Below, in pieces: positions 20,436-21,722 of a DNA stretch of 21,722 nucleotides. The DNA is taken from NCBI GenBank assembly GCA_001662655.1, contig KV460259.1; one strand, written 5' to 3'. The translations under genes and the position numbers were made by a program. Source of the stretch: Pseudogymnoascus verrucosus. Lineage: Eukaryota. Below the pieces are notes generated by a model. That model ran no database searches. It saw nothing but the letters and a program-made list of their open reading frames with translations, and was not told the origin of the DNA. Each line of letters starts with the position of its first letter. Within the stretch, counting starts at the first letter, position 1.

Positions 20436-21722
20436 ATGGCTACTATTGCTTCGATCAATCCATTTCCACATGATGTGCGCACTGCTTTTGAGGCCTATAT
20501 GAGTAGTACTACCTACTATAACCGTGAGCAATTTACACACGAAAAATGGCACCGCATGCACACAATACTCGATAATCCTACTGCCTACATACCATATAAT
20601 AAAGAGAGCTCAAACCTTAAGACACGCACACTCTCTAGCTTTATGCTTATTAATAATAAGCTACATAAGCAAGGTGATATGCGGCATCTACACCCTAGAA
20701 TTGTGGTTCTAAAAGAAGAGGTGTTTGATATTATCATACAAGAACACCTTAAGCTCTTACATGCAGGCCGGAATAAGGTGTGGCCTACTATAGAGCAACA
20801 GTTCTATGGAATAAAGCGAGAGGATGTTGAGTTTATACTCAAACGGTGTAAGAATTGCACCTTAAACAGACCAAATACTACAAAAGCTCCATTAGTTCCT
20901 ATTATAAGTGGACGGGCGTGGGAGAGAGTTCAAATCGACCTAATTGATATGCGTCACGGGCCATCAGGGCAGTATAAATGGATTCTTCATATAAAGGATC
21001 ACTTCTCAAAGTATACACAGCTATACCCATTGAAAAGCAAGCACGCAGAGCCTATTGCAGAGTGCTTTGCTCAATTCATTACAGCTTTCCTACCTCCGAA
21101 GATTATGCAGTCTGATAATGGGAAGGAATTCAAAGGGGCTCTCCTTATTCTACTACGGAAGTATGGAATTCAGGTGGTAAATGGAGCACCACGATCACCA
21201 CAAACGCAAGGCCTAGTTGAGCAGGCAAATGGAGTAGTTGAGAATAAGCTCCGGGCATGGAAAATGGATCATGGGTCTACAGAATGGAAAGATGGGCTGC
21301 TTGAGGTCACGCTCGCAATGAACACCCAAATCCACTCTACAATTGGGTGTGCGCCAGCTGAGCTTCTATTCCGAGAGCGGAGCTCACACATTGACTGGCT
21401 CAACAGTCAGGCCCGGAAGGATCTATCAATTGGAGTTGAGCAGGAAGACCCAACTATGGGCCCGATATTTGAGAGTGATCTCGAACCCGAAGCTCTAATT
21501 GACCCACAGCTCCGCCAGGCGCCAGAGCTCTCAATTGAGCTCAGAATTGAGAGCTCCCACTCCGAGCCAGAACTCGGAATTGAGCTCGCAATTGAGAGCT
21601 CCCACTCTGAGCCAGAACTCGGAATTGAGCTCGCAATTGAGAGCTCACACTCTGAGCCAGAACTCGGAATTGAGCTTGCAATTGAGAGCTCACACTCTGA
21701 GCCAGAAATTGGAATTGAGCTT
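20436..21722 (+). CDS. Integrase-like transposase (HHCC zinc finger + rve DDE core + repeat tail), 429 codons, open to the window end
   Basis: Manual translation from ATG 20436 shows no stop. Zinc finger H104-x4-H109-x28-C138-x2-C141. Core motifs ERVQIDLIDM (D168), YKWILHIKDHFSKY..LYPLKSK, PKIMQSDNGKEF (D227), GAPRSPQTQGLVEQAN (E262), NTQIHSTIGCAPAELLF. The motif style matches KRBA2/SCAND3/Ginger2-type integrases. Not present in the ORF track. Confidence 0.93.
   Translation, partial: MATIASINPFPHDVRTAFEAYMSSTTYYNREQFTHEKWHRMHTILDNPTAYIPYNKESSNLKTRTLSSFMLINNKLHKQGDMRHLHPRIVVLKEEVFDIIIQEHLKLLHAGRNKVWPTIEQQFYGIKREDVEFILKRCKNCTLNRPNTTKAPLVPIISGRAWERVQIDLIDMRHGPSGQYKWILHIKDHFSKYTQLYPLKSKHAEPIAECFAQFITAFLPPKIMQSDNGKEFKGALLILLRKYGIQVVNGAPRSPQTQGLVEQANGVVENKLRAWKMDHGSTEWKDGLLEVTLAMNTQIHSTIGCAPAELLFRERSSHIDWLNSQARKDLSIGVEQEDPTMGPIFESDLEPEALIDPQLRQAPELSIELRIESSHSEPELGIELAIESSHSEPELGIELAIESSHSEPELGIELAIESSHSEPEIGIEL
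21534..21722 (+). repeat. Coding 45-bp tandem repeat (IELAIESSHSEPELG), four full copies plus a partial fifth, truncated by the window end
   Basis: Units start at 21534, 21579, 21624, 21669 and 21714. Adjacent units differ by 1-3 nt. Confidence 0.97.

Larger units (their letters stand above)
20230..21722 (+). mobile_element. Left part of a Ginger2/TDD-like (integrase-type DDE) DNA transposon; right end outside the window
   Basis: An abrupt AT-rich to GC-rich boundary at TGTTCCGGCCCAACC (20230), a repeat- and palindrome-rich terminal region, then a stand-alone integrase ORF. No gag, protease, RT or RNase H lies upstream of it. Confidence 0.78.

Noticed and set aside
20524..20712. 62-aa ORF in the ORF track
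   Set aside because: Out-of-frame shadow inside the transposase ORF that starts at 20436.
20230..21722. LTR retrotransposon (Gypsy/Copia) or Polinton interpretation of the integrase
   Set aside because: No gag, protease, RT or RNase H precedes the integrase, which has its own ATG close to the terminus. The end starts TGT rather than the AG-repeat typical of Polintons. Cannot be fully excluded without downstream sequence.

Overview
Eukaryotic DNA from a filamentous ascomycete: short GT-AG introns with CTRAY branch points and fungus-specific gene families. The ORF track misses or fragments most real genes, so spliced models were rebuilt by hand. Left to right: a Zn2Cys6 transcription factor (-, truncated at the window start); an RTA1-like membrane protein (+); a cytochrome P450 (-); a TRI12-like MFS efflux pump (+) with a GC-AG first intron; a second, Upc2-like Zn2Cys6 factor (+); an F-box protein (-); a ~1460-aa low-complexity protein resembling the eisosome scaffold Seg1 (-); a FunK1 fungal-type kinase broken by two frameshifts (+); and, from 20230 to the end, the left part of a Ginger2/TDD-like DNA transposon. 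The transposon is absent from the ORF track. It has a TGT terminus, nested palindromes, an intact stand-alone HHCC+DDE integrase with no gag/RT, and a 15-aa tandem-repeat tail. The first five genes look like a regulator/oxidase/exporter module with no backbone synthase in view. Family assignments come from recognised motifs, not database searches.
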